Positions 54,526-64,000 of a DNA stretch of 64,000 nt are shown one piece after another. Position 1 is the stretch's first letter; each line of letters opens with the position of its first letter. The stretch spans positions 1,240,001-1,304,000 of the forward strand of contig CAKKNE010000002.1 in NCBI GenBank assembly GCA_918797485.1, in the 5' to 3' direction. The position numbers and the translations under genes are program-made. The notes beneath the pieces are model-generated. The model saw nothing but the letters and a program-made list of their open reading frames with translations. It was not told the DNA's origin and ran no database searches. Source of the stretch: Pelagomonas calceolata. Taxonomy: Eukaryota.

Positions 54526-55908
54526 ATGGCTAAAGCCGCGACCATGTTCCTGCTGGCCGGCGCCGCGCGCGCGCTCCGCGGCCACCGCCTCCACCACTTA
54601 GCAAGACCTTCTAGAACGGTCATGTCCGCGGCGACGCTCGACCGCACGACCCCCACCAAACTCCAAGACGCCGAAAGTTTCCTCAAGGACATCGACGTCT
54701 TCATTTTTGATTGTGACGGCGTGATCTGGAAGGGCGATTCATTGATCGACAAGGTCCCGTCCGTCTTGGAATTACTGAGAAAGCTCGGAAAAAAAATCTT
54801 CTTCGTGACGAACAACTCGACCAAGTCCCGCAAGGGCTACAAGGGCAAGTTCGAGAAGCTTGGTCTTGACGTCGAGCCCGAGGAAATTTTTTCTTCTTCG
54901 TTCGCCGCGGCGGCCTACCTGGAGCAGACGGAGTTCAAGAAGACGGGCAAGAAGGTCTATATTATCGGCGAGGTCGGCATTGAAGAGGAGTTGGACCCTG
55001 CGTGGAAATCAAATTTCGGGCGTCCCGCGCTTCCGTAGCTGCGTCTGCGCGATGGCGTGGCGATTCCACGCCATCGACGCGACGTTATCCCCGTGGCCGC
55101 GTCGGCTCGATGGCGTGGAGGTCACGAAGGTCCACGCAATATTTTCTCGGGATGAACTAACTCACTGAGTGATTTCCACGCAGGCTGGACCTCATCGGCG
55201 TGCCGTACATCGGCGCCGGCAAGGACTCGGACAAGGAGCCGAACATGAAGCCCGGTGTGTGACCGGCGTCCCGTTGATGCGGCGATGGCGTGACGCGGCG
55301 ATGGTGTCGCGTCCGATGTTACGCGTCGACACCGTGACGCGTCGCTCTGATGGCGTCGCGGCGGGAGTAGTCCTACCCCGCCCGCGCGCCATCGACGCCG
55401 TCTCGGGACCGCCCCCACGCCATCGACGTCATATCACGCAGGCGGCAAGCTCGAGCCCGACGAGGACATCGGCGCCGTCGTCTGCGGCTTCGACCGCGAG
55501 ATCAACTACTTCAAGATCCAGACGGCGCAGCTCGCCATCAACGAGATGGGCGCCGAGTTCATCGCGACGAACTTGGACGCGGTCACGCATCTCACGGACG
55601 CCCAGGAGTGGGCGGGCAACGGCGCCATGGTCGGCGCGATCAAGGGCTGCACCGGGCAGGAACCTACTTTAGTAGGGAAGCCGTCGCCGCTCATGATCGA
55701 CTACATGGAGAAGAAGTTCGGCCTGGACCGGTCGCGCATCTGCATGGTCGGCGACCGCCTCGACACGGACATCCTCTTCGGCAACGACAACGGGCTCAAG
55801 TCGTGCCTCACGCTGTCGGGCGTGACGACGGAGGAGAAGCTGCTCTCGCCGGAGAACAAGGTGATCCCCGACTTCTACGTCGACTCGATCGCGGACTACC
55901 TCGGGTAG
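54526..55908 (+). CDS. PGLP: Phosphoglycolate phosphatase (HAD IIA), likely organelle-targeted; introns 54990-55183 and 55255-55441
   Basis: FIFDCDGVIWKG, FVTNNSTKSR, FIATNLDAVTHLTDAQEWAG, VGKPS, CMVGDRLDTDILFG, LSGVT. Three exons join in frame. Confidence 0.93.
54998..55183. mobile_element. Introner element; intron 54990-55183
   Basis: TIR ctgcgtggaaatca...tgatttccacgcag. TSD gttggacc / gctggacc, 7/8 match. Confidence 0.93.
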
Positions 55909-56404
55909 GTTTGTATGGGGGCTAATTTGAAAAGTCTATCTCGCGGTCCCGTCTGTCGCGTCGAGGGGCCGTCGGAGGCTTCCCTATTGCGACTGGGGAT
56001 TTTTCGAGGCGTTTCGATACTCACAGGAAACCGGCCGGCATTTGCTTGTCGGCGATGTCGGTGGCTCAATCTGGAAGCAGCACTCAGAGCCATCAAAACA
56101 CTCTCGAGCCTCGCTAGCCACACGACTTAAAGTTTGCGTCCGGCGCGCTCCTGTTTTACGCTCGCCTCGCCGGCTACACGCATACGGAATCTCGCGAACT
56201 CGCACGCCGCGTGCATTGCAAACACTGGCACTCAACTTTGCTTTTGCAAATAGCGCGCGGCGCAAAAGGCCACGGGCGCGCTCGACCTGTGCCGCGCGCC
56301 GCCGCGGACGTCGCGTCGGCCACGGCGGCCAACACGCGCGCCGAGAGGACGCCCGCGCCGACGCGCGAAACCGCGAACACGTCGCGCAGGCAAAAAAAAG
56401 CACA

Positions 56405-56714
56405 ATGACCTCATACTCGACCATGCCCTCGGACCTCGAGTCCGAAGCGAGTCTGCTCAACAAGCCTAAGCCCAAGACCTCCTTCAAGACGCTCGTCGGC
56501 GGCGCGGCCATTGCCGCATTCGTCCTCGGCGCGCTCGTACGTCAAGTTCTATTATGGATATTTCACCGATGATTATGAGCTTCACCTGGAGATGGCTGAG
56601 TTCGGGCCGGACGGTTTTGTCGGATATCATTACGGGGACGGCACAGGCTTTAACGGCCAAGTGTTCACGCCTGTGACGGACGACTACGACGACGGTCGTA
56701 ATCGCGTGTGGTAG
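56405..56714 (+). pseudogene. Frameshifted or internally deleted type II membrane protein remnant
   Basis: MTSYSTMPSDLESEASLL..KTLVGGAAIAAFVLGAL, then the coding-like sequence (YVKFYYGYFTDDYEL...) continues in another frame. Confidence 0.35.
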
Positions 56715-56955
56715 ACACTCGAACAACAGCAGCAGAGGAGTTGAGACGTCTCCCCCCGCTCATGAATGAAAACTGGTTGAGCGCTGCCCAAGAAGCCCCC
56801 TCCCCGATCCCCCACACCACGAACCCTTCCCCACGCATAAGATAAACCAACATCCCATCTAAATTAAGCCGCAAAGCAGGCGCCATCGCCGCGTCGCCCG
56901 GGAAAGCTATATTGTAGTCATATTACTCACAGGGATAGGGCTAGAGAAGTGGTAG

Positions 56956-58517
56956 CTAGAATTCGGCCACGGCGAGCGTCTCGAGCCGCGGCTTCCCGTA
57001 ACGGTCCGCGCCGGGCCGCGGCATGGTCGGGGCCTCGACGGCGTAGAATTGAGCCTCATCCTCATCATCCGACTCACTCTCCACCACCGCAGCAGGGGAC
57101 CGCGACGCCCACGCGCGCGGCGACGCCGTGTCGCCCGTCCGCGGGGGCGGCGGCGGCATTAGAGGTGCCGACATTGTCCGATGCACGCGCCGCCGATCCA
57201 GCGCCGTCGTCGCCTCCAGCGAACTTTCTGGAGAAGTCGTCACGCGCGACACCTCCATGGCCGGCGACGGCTCCGGAAAGAATGATTCTGAGTCGATTTC
57301 CGGGAAGGGCGGCGCTAGCAGTTGCTCGACGGCGTGCCAATCTGTCGAAGCAAACGCGGGCGCCGCCCGCACGTCGTCCGCCAAAGGTCGGGAATGGGGC
57401 TCCTTCTCGAGGAGAGCTTCGAGCGTCACCGCCAAGGACTCGTCCTCGGGCAAGGAAGGCGTATCATTGAGAATAGACGCCATGAGCTGCCGCGGCGTCT
57501 CCGCGTGGAAGGGTGTACTACCAGTGGCCAATTCGCCGACGAGGATCCCAAGGGCCCACCAGTCGACGGCGACGCCGTAGGCGTGGCCCCGCAGGATTTC
57601 CGGCGCCATGTACTCGACGGAGCCACAAAAAGACCGGCACCCTTGGAGCGGGTCCTTGCCGAGGGCCGCGAGGCCGAAGTCGGCGACGACGCAGTGGCCC
57701 TGTGTTTTGTGACGGGTGAGGGGCGCAGCGACGGCGTCGCAGCGCGTCGCGTCGATGGCGTCGACGCGATACGCCGTCGGCGTGGCCCTCAGAGACTCTA
57801 CGCGCCTCGCGAGAGAGCCGCGGCAGTTCGAGAAGGAACGGACGCCGGAAAACGGACCTGGTCGTCAATCAACACGTTCGAAGGCTTGCAGTCCCGGTGG
57901 ACGACGCCGTGCGCGTGCAAGAACGTTAAAGCAACAACTAACTCAGCAAACGCAGCCACACAACTCTCGAGGGACACCTGTCTCCTTTTCAATAAAGTCT
58001 CCAAGGAACCGCGCGAGAAGTAGTCCGTGACCAGGTAGAAGGAATCTTGCGCCTGGAAGGCGTAGCGCAGGTCGATGACGAAGGGTCCTCCTTTCGATTG
58101 CAGAAACCCGAGGATGAACGGCTCGGCCTTCGAATTGGGCGGCTTCCGCCGGTCTTTTTTGCCGGGCTCCTTCTTCTGGCAGACCTTCATGGCAAACAAG
58201 CAGCCCTCGTCCGGGGGTTGGCGCTTCCTCGCTAATACGACGGTGGAAAACGCGCCTCTGCCAATCTCCTCAAGCACTTCAAAGCGGTCCTCGGCCTCGC
58301 GCGTGTCGCTCACGGACGAGGAGGCGGTGACATCAGATCGAGAGCGACCTAACGACAAGGCTGACAACGACCGCGTCAATCGCGACGACGTCCGCGACAG
58401 CGAGCGGGACCAGCTTTTCCGGAGGGGCTCGTCGCTCTTCGCCGTGTTCGGCTCGTCCTCGTGCTGTTTCCTGCTCTTGCGCCGGGGGCTCGACCGGCCG
58501 AAGAGGGAGAGGGGCAT
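56956..58517 (-). CDS. AGC-family Ser/Thr protein kinase; intron 57700-57857
   Basis: IGRGAFSTV, AMK, LRYAFQ, HRDCKPSNVL, after splicing DDQ|GHCVVADFG, SFCGSVEYMAPE, VDWWALG. Confidence 0.9.
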
Positions 58518-59250
58518 CTTTTCCCGGAACCGCCTCGGCGTTTCCGGCCACGCGTTTCCGAGCACCGAGCGTGTCGTGCGCTCTTGCTCGGCGGCGGCGC
58601 GCTTTGGGGCCTGAAGCTCCTCCCGAGGAGTTCTGGGCTGCGCTGCGGCCCCGCGCGAGCGGCGAGGTCACGGTTATGCTAGGCTGTGTGCCTTGTTGCT
58701 GTGCTTGCTCGAGCGCGAGGCTGCGCGACGGCGCCAGCTGAGCTCACAGGTTGCCTGGAGGGCTGCGATGCCCTTCTAGCCTCACGTATCCAGCCCTACG
58801 CGCGCCGACGGCGGTAGCGCCACCACGCTCGACTTTGCGCGGCGGGCCGAGCCGCGACGAAAAATCCGACGGCCGTCCGAAGAGATACGCCTCGCGCCCA
58901 AGCATACTTGATATCCACCACAAAAAAGCAGGGCGACCAAGAGGGCCAATAATACACCGGCCCAATGACCGGCATAGCACGTACCACAGACCGCAACAAA
59001 GCCTCGACGCAGCCACACCGAGTCGCAAACGAAGCGAGCGAAGGACTTATAGTGCGGGTTCGCATTAATTCCAAAAATTAATTGCCTGAACACAAAGGCT
59101 TTTGGAAGCTGCATCTGACACGCACGCACAGTCAGCACTGCTGCTCGTCGTCCAGCGCCGCCCGCAGCGCAACAAGTTCCAAGGGCTGCCCGCAGACCGA
59201 AGCAAAAAGAGTACCATAAAGCTACATAGGGCAGCCTAGATCATTAAGCA

Positions 59251-60261
59251 ATGGTGAACGCGACGCGCCGCCGCTCCTACCTCGGCACGCAGGAGTTCAT
59301 CCCCGGCGACGTCTGGCGCGGCACGATGACGAACTGCCAGCAGACGGAGCTGCATGTGAAGAAGAGGCGGCTGCGCTACGTGCCCATTGAATTGTCCATC
59401 GACCACGTCAGTGGACATGAAATTACGGCGACGTTCGTCACGCACTACGACCGCTCGTTCTACGAGATGACGGGGAGGTATGAGTCTGAAGGGAGGAGGT
59501 TGTACCTCGAACCGAAACGCGGGAAGTTGGGAAAGCACTGGATCGCCTGTGACGCCGAAGCCTTTGTCTCTCCAGATTTTAGTAGTATGTCGGGATTGAC
59601 CTACAACTGCTTCGCAGATCAAGACAAGGAGTGCGATCCGGGCGGGGGCGAGTTCATGCTGCGGCACGATCGTACTAGATTCGTGGTGGAGGGTGCTGGC
59701 GACGCTAGAGTAAATGGCGAGTACGCGGCGCAACCGCGCCTCGGCAAGGCGAAGGCCGACGTCTTGTATGAAGGCGCGCCCGTCTATTTGCAGGAGGGCG
59801 GCCCCTTCGCGCTCGTTCACGAAGTGATCGGCCAGTACGGTTTTTGGAGGATTACGCAGGCCGTGAACCTCGAGTATCGGGTACCCGATAGTAGTGATGG
59901 CGCGTTGTACAGCGCGTGGAGCGAGGACGTCTACCCGCCGGAGAACGGCTGGCGGCCCCTACTGAATAAGAGGCGCGGCGCGCCGGCGCCGACGGTGCGC
60001 CCTGCTGTTAGAAGTATGTATGTTGGCCTGGCCATTCCCCGCAATTTGCGCGCGGGCGCCGACGACGACTCTGGTTTTTATGGCGATGCGTCGCTCTTGG
60101 TGGCCATGATCCTGGTCATCGGGTTGCTGCTGTGGTGCGTCGTCCTGAGGTGTGGGCGGCGCGTGCGCCTCAAGGGGGGGAACCGCACGAGGAGGCGGTC
60201 GCTCTCGGGGTCGAGCCCGTCGCCCTCCATGTCCGCGCGCAAGGCGTACGCGATCCCCTAA
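59251..60261 (+). CDS. Hypothetical single-pass membrane protein
   Basis: 336-aa ORF; VEGAGDARVNGEY-type beta domain and C-terminal TM LLVAMILVIGLLLWCVVL followed by a basic tail. Confidence 0.6.
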   Translation: MVNATRRRSYLGTQEFIPGDVWRGTMTNCQQTELHVKKRRLRYVPIELSIDHVSGHEITATFVTHYDRSFYEMTGRYESEGRRLYLEPKRGKLGKHWIACDAEAFVSPDFSSMSGLTYNCFADQDKECDPGGGEFMLRHDRTRFVVEGAGDARVNGEYAAQPRLGKAKADVLYEGAPVYLQEGGPFALVHEVIGQYGFWRITQAVNLEYRVPDSSDGALYSAWSEDVYPPENGWRPLLNKRRGAPAPTVRPAVRSMYVGLAIPRNLRAGADDDSGFYGDASLLVAMILVIGLLLWCVVLRCGRRVRLKGGNRTRRRSLSGSSPSPSMSARKAYAIP

Positions 60262-60384
60262 CTTGTAGCTTCTGCTCGTTGGCGTCGGGGGGCTACTCCT
60301 GCCACAGTGAGCATCACGCAGCGCTTCCCCCGCCTCGAAGGCGGCGGTCGCCGCACAAGGCGTACGCGATCCCCTAAGTAGTAC

Positions 60385-61152
60385 TTAGCCAGCTGACTCG
60401 TCAAGTACCGGCTCTATCTCGAAGAGCGCGTCCTCCTCGAAGGCTGCCGCCGCCGCGTCGGTACGCGCCGAACTCAACAGTTCGCGCGCGACGTCCGGCG
60501 AGAAGGTCGCGTCACTTCCCCAACTTAAAACATCAAAAACCGTCGACGCGGACCGAAGAGACGCGACGAGCAATCGCGTCGGCGACCGGCAGCCGTCGAG
60601 ACACCCCTGGATGCGCTGGCACTCGGCGGCGCCGTCCAAACCGGCGTCGCTCATCCGCCCCAAATACGGCGCCAGATACGACGCCTTGAGCGCGTTCGCA
60701 ATCAACGCCTGCTCCCGCCCGTAGCACGCCGTCATGCACAGATGGGCCTCGTCCCGTAACCGGTGTGCCGCGACGACGCCATCTTTCGTAAGAGGTAGTT
60801 TGATCACGAGATGGTCCGCGGCGCCGACCGCATCGAGTAAATCCAGGGAGCACTTCTCGTAGGCGTCGACGGAGCCGCCCCAGGCCTGCACCATCACTTC
60901 CTGGCAGCCCGCGCCCAGAGCTGTTCTCGCGAGTTTCGCGACGTCCGGCACGGTACAAGGCACGCCGTCTCTCTTTAAAATTGTGGGGTTCGTCGTGACG
61001 CCGTAAAACAAGCCCGTCGGCAGGAGCTCGCGCCAGGCGTCGACGGACGCGCTGTCGAGAAATAACCGGCCGCGGCCCGCGTTCGGGGCGATGGCCGTCG
61101 CCGTGTATATGAGTAGGGCGGCGCGCAGCGGGCGGCCGCGGCGGCGGCGCAT
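60385..61152 (-). CDS. Transaldolase / fructose-6-phosphate aldolase family protein
   Basis: LFLDSA, GVTTNPT, Schiff-base VIKLP, YLAPYLGRM, LLVASLR. Confidence 0.88.
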   Translation of the reverse strand: MRRRRGRPLRAALLIYTATAIAPNAGRGRLFLDSASVDAWRELLPTGLFYGVTTNPTILKRDGVPCTVPDVAKLARTALGAGCQEVMVQAWGGSVDAYEKCSLDLLDAVGAADHLVIKLPLTKDGVVAAHRLRDEAHLCMTACYGREQALIANALKASYLAPYLGRMSDAGLDGAAECQRIQGCLDGCRSPTRLLVASLRSASTVFDVLSWGSDATFSPDVARELLSSARTDAAAAAFEEDALFEIEPVLDESAG

Positions 61153-61530
61153 GGCTGCTTTTGGACCTCGCCTCGGTGCGCTATTTTGGCCTCGCGTCGG
61201 CGCGTCGAGACCTTAAGACTGCCTAGCTGCAGCTCTGCCGATCTGAGGCCTACAGCGGGCGCGTCACAAGCCGCCGAGGCAAGAAACGCTGTCGGAGCAG
61301 AGTCGAGACGCGAACCTACCTTCGTGCCGGTCTACACGTGTCGGCGTCGCTTCTGTTGAGCCGCTGGGCAGGGAGAGCTTGAGGCTCTGCACACAGAGCG
61401 CTGCAAAAAAACGGCGCCTGGCGACGCGGACGGACTGCTAAAGCGATAGGACACGGTCTCAGGACCAGACCAGTGCTGCCAAACGCTTGCTGACGCTTGT
61501 AGTCACCTCGCGCCGAGGCACAGGGAGCAA

Positions 61531-62778
61531 ATGTTGCAGCATGGTTTCTGGCATGGTACGGCGCCTCGTCGAGATCGAGGCCGGGTCGAACGCGACGGAG
61601 AGTCAGTTCTTCATCGACATGGAACGCCGCACGAGCCTGCAGATCTCGGTCGCCTTCACGCTGGCCGTCGCGGCGGTCGTCGCGTGCTGCGGCCTGCGGC
61701 GCTCGTAGCCCTCCTTTGCTTCGCACCGGCGGCGGCGCGGAAGCCAAAAGGCGTGCGCGCGAAGAAAAGCGGCGTCGACGCAAAAGCGCTGGCCGTCAAG
61801 GCCTGCTGCGAGGACGCGACGACCGCCGAGCTGATCGTCGCGATGCGCGGCGGCAGCGACGAGCGCACGGCCGCGGACCACGCGCTCGCCGCGCGCGACG
61901 GCGCCGACAAGACGATGGCCGTCGAGATCCAGGAAGTTTTGGACTTGAGGGGCTCGGACACGGCGTGCCTGCTCGCCCTGGGCGCCGAGTGGTGCGGGCC
62001 CTGCAAGGTGCTCAAGCCGTTGCTACGGAAGGCCGCCGAGGCGTCTCAAGGGACACTCATACTGAAGGAAATTGACGTCGACAAAGAAAGACCGATCGCG
62101 GAGGCGCTGGAAGCGACGCAGCTGCCCTGCGTCTACAGCGTGAGGGACGGCAAGTTGCGAGACGTCATCGTCGGCCTGCCGCGGTCGCACCAGGACCTCG
62201 CGGCCTTCGTCATGCGCGCCATGGATGGGGAGGGCGGTGCTTCCACAGTTCCGGGCAGCCGGACCGTCAATTTGGCGCGCGTCGCGGGCTCGGCCGCCCT
62301 GGGCGCGGGCGGCCGCGAGGCCCTGGCGGCCAAGTGCCGCGGCGCGCTCGACGCGTGTAGGGAGCTTGCGGCGTCCGACAAGGATACGGTGATGGAGGCG
62401 CTCAAGACGACGAAAGCGTACCTAGAGCGGGCCTACGGCGGCAAGCCGGTCTATCGCGACAACGCCGTGTTTGTGGAGAACTGTGTGGAAATCAAACAGT
62501 GAGTTAGGTTATCCTGAGATTTGTTGCGGGACGACGTCGCGTCGATGGCGTGGGGCGCCCGAAATTTGATTTCCACACAGGTGGAGAAGGTGGCCCCCTG
62601 CGCGCCGGCTTTGGACTTGTTTGCGGCGGCTGGGTACGTGGAGATTCCCGGCGACCCTGAGGGTTCAGATGACGAGAAAAGAGACGCCTTACACCCGACG
62701 CATCGCAATCTAGCCGTCTTCGAGCTCTGCTGCGCCGAGATCGACAAGGCAAGAGATGAGCTGCGCGTGATGACGTGA
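61531..62778 (+). CDS. Thioredoxin plus PUB-like domain protein (sPUB-like); intron 62473-62580; start uncertain
   Basis: Hydrophobic LRPAALVALLCFAPAAA, WCGPCK, IDVD, and after splicing a PUB-like ALKTTKAYLE..NAVF|VEKV..ALDLFAAAGY. Confidence 0.7.
62481..62580. mobile_element. Introner element, short variant, best preserved; intron 62473-62580
   Basis: Perfect 16-nt TIR ctgtgtggaaatcaaa...tttgatttccacacag and perfect TSD gtggagaa / gtggagaa. Confidence 0.95.
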
Positions 62779-62801
62779 AGTACACCTAACAATATCTTAC
62801 A

Positions 62802-63434
62802 CTACAACTCAGCGCGCCGCCACTCGATGTCCAGCGCGCAGCCCGAGGCGACCACCATGTTCGCGACCGGGCAGCGCTCGTGCACGATGCGACCGATCTG
62901 CTCGATTGTCGCGTCGTCGTCGGCGTCAATGCTAACGTGCGCGACGCCCCAGATGCGCGTCAGGCGGCTGACGGCCGGCGCCGGCGCGTCCACCGGCAGG
63001 TGCGCGGCGCCTTGCGGATCTCGCGACGCTTCCAGCTCGAAATCGATGCTGCGTATCTTCGTGCGCAGCATTCTTGCAACAAAATCGGCCGTCGCGCCCT
63101 CGCACCCTATCAAGGCCGCCAGCAGCGTCTCGACCGGCTGCGGCGCGGTGTCCTTGCCGCCGCCGGAGGGCGGCGTGTCCGTATGGAGAATGTGACCGCG
63201 GGTCTGCGACGTCGACGCCGTGCCTTGGGTGGTGCCGGTGATGCTGTAGAGCTTTTCACGCGGTTTGCGCGTTGATAGCGTTCGTTGTCTCGCTGTGAGA
63301 GCTCGTGTCGTGCGTTGGCTCACTGTGAGAGCTCGTGCCACTGTGAGAGCCTGCACTCGTTTTGCGAGCGTGGCGGCCAGCATTGCTCTTCTACTGCTCT
63401 GGAGCGCACCGGAAGTCTCCCGTAAGATGTTCAA
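62802..63434 (-). CDS. OsmC/Ohr family protein with an N-terminal transit-like peptide
   Basis: D.P...GG.D.AP.PVETLLAALIGC and CPVANM. Confidence 0.85.
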   Translation of the reverse strand: MNILRETSGALQSSRRAMLAATLAKRVQALTVARALTVSQRTTRALTARQRTLSTRKPREKLYSITGTTQGTASTSQTRGHILHTDTPPSGGGKDTAPQPVETLLAALIGCEGATADFVARMLRTKIRSIDFELEASRDPQGAAHLPVDAPAPAVSRLTRIWGVAHVSIDADDDATIEQIGRIVHERCPVANMVVASGCALDIEWRRAEL

Positions 63435-63688
63435 TGATACCCAGTGGCAGTTCTAAGGGTTATTCACCAGCGCTGCGGGCAGACAGAGCTAGCGTAGATA
63501 AAGACACTAGCTCACAGTGCACTCGACCCAAAACGTGCTACAAAGGCTGCCCACGCGCAACGTACGCACCAATAAGTGCGATCAGGCGGCACAGGACAAT
63601 GCTGGATGGTAATCATAGCAAGAAGCATCGCGTGAGGACGACGCCGGTGAGTCTTCTGCCGGGGGACCGCAAGGAGCGGCTCTGCGCC

Positions 63689-64000
63689 ATGGCCGCCGAG
63701 GCCAGGGAGAAGCTTCGACCATGGGCGCTGCAACCGGCATCGGGCGTGAGCACGTTCAACCGGCTTTACATGGCGCTCGGCGAGCAGGAGAGCGTGGGCG
63801 GACTGCTGCACATCGCATCACTTGGCGCGGACGGAGGCGATGTGACGGAGGAGCACATCGACGCGTTCCTTGAGGAGAGCAATGCGTTCTTCGATGGCGT
63901 CTTCCACACGGTGAACCAATTCGCGATCGTCGCTGCCCTCACTTTTACCATCTCCGTGCCGCTAGCCGTGTACAACCTGGACGGCATCGAGACGTTCGGG
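63689..64000 (+). CDS. Hypothetical membrane protein, 3'-partial
   Basis: Frame is open from ATG 63689 to the window end, with GC3-rich codons and hydrophobic FAIVAALTFTISVPL. Confidence 0.5.
   Translation, partial: MAAEAREKLRPWALQPASGVSTFNRLYMALGEQESVGGLLHIASLGADGGDVTEEHIDAFLEESNAFFDGVFHTVNQFAIVAALTFTISVPLAVYNLDGIETFG

Noticed and set aside
6456..62580. TIR repeats as CRISPR, REP or attC-like elements
   Set aside because: Dispersed singly inside eukaryotic CDSs with TSDs and splice signals; no array, cas or integrase genes.
63290..63352. Three copies of ctgtgagagc
   Set aside because: Short coding repeat (ALT) in the OsmC presequence; no sign of a mobile or regulatory role.
1..64000. Autonomous transposase for the introners
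   Set aside because: No ORF with recognisable DDE, hAT dimerisation, BED or THAP motifs, and no long TIR-bounded segment.

Overview
GC-rich, very gene-dense eukaryotic nuclear DNA with about 35 protein-coding genes and short spliceosomal introns. Bipartite signal/plastid-type presequences, an sPUB-like gene and the intron style suggest a pelagophyte stramenopile alga such as Pelagomonas or Aureococcus; this is inference, not a database match. Recognisable genes include RFC2, SmD2, EMC3, a PMCA-type Ca2+-ATPase, phosphoglycolate phosphatase, CSP41, an OHCU decarboxylase-HIU hydrolase fusion, MsrB, a carotenoid cleavage dioxygenase, an RlmN-like radical SAM enzyme, a transaldolase-family enzyme, a Cys-less pentameric ion channel and an AGC kinase. 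The dominant hidden structure is a family of intron-generating MITE-like elements (introners): 8 clear copies and 2-3 decayed ones. They have terminal inverted repeats CTGYGTGGAAATCAA...TTGATTTCCACRCAG and 8-nt target-site duplications. The TIR supplies the AG acceptor in either orientation, and the first two bases of the upstream TSD copy supply a GT or GC donor, so splicing restores the original reading frame. The window shows graded stages of decay of these elements towards ordinary introns. Several uncharacterised protein architectures are also present. No rRNA, tRNA or CRISPR was seen.
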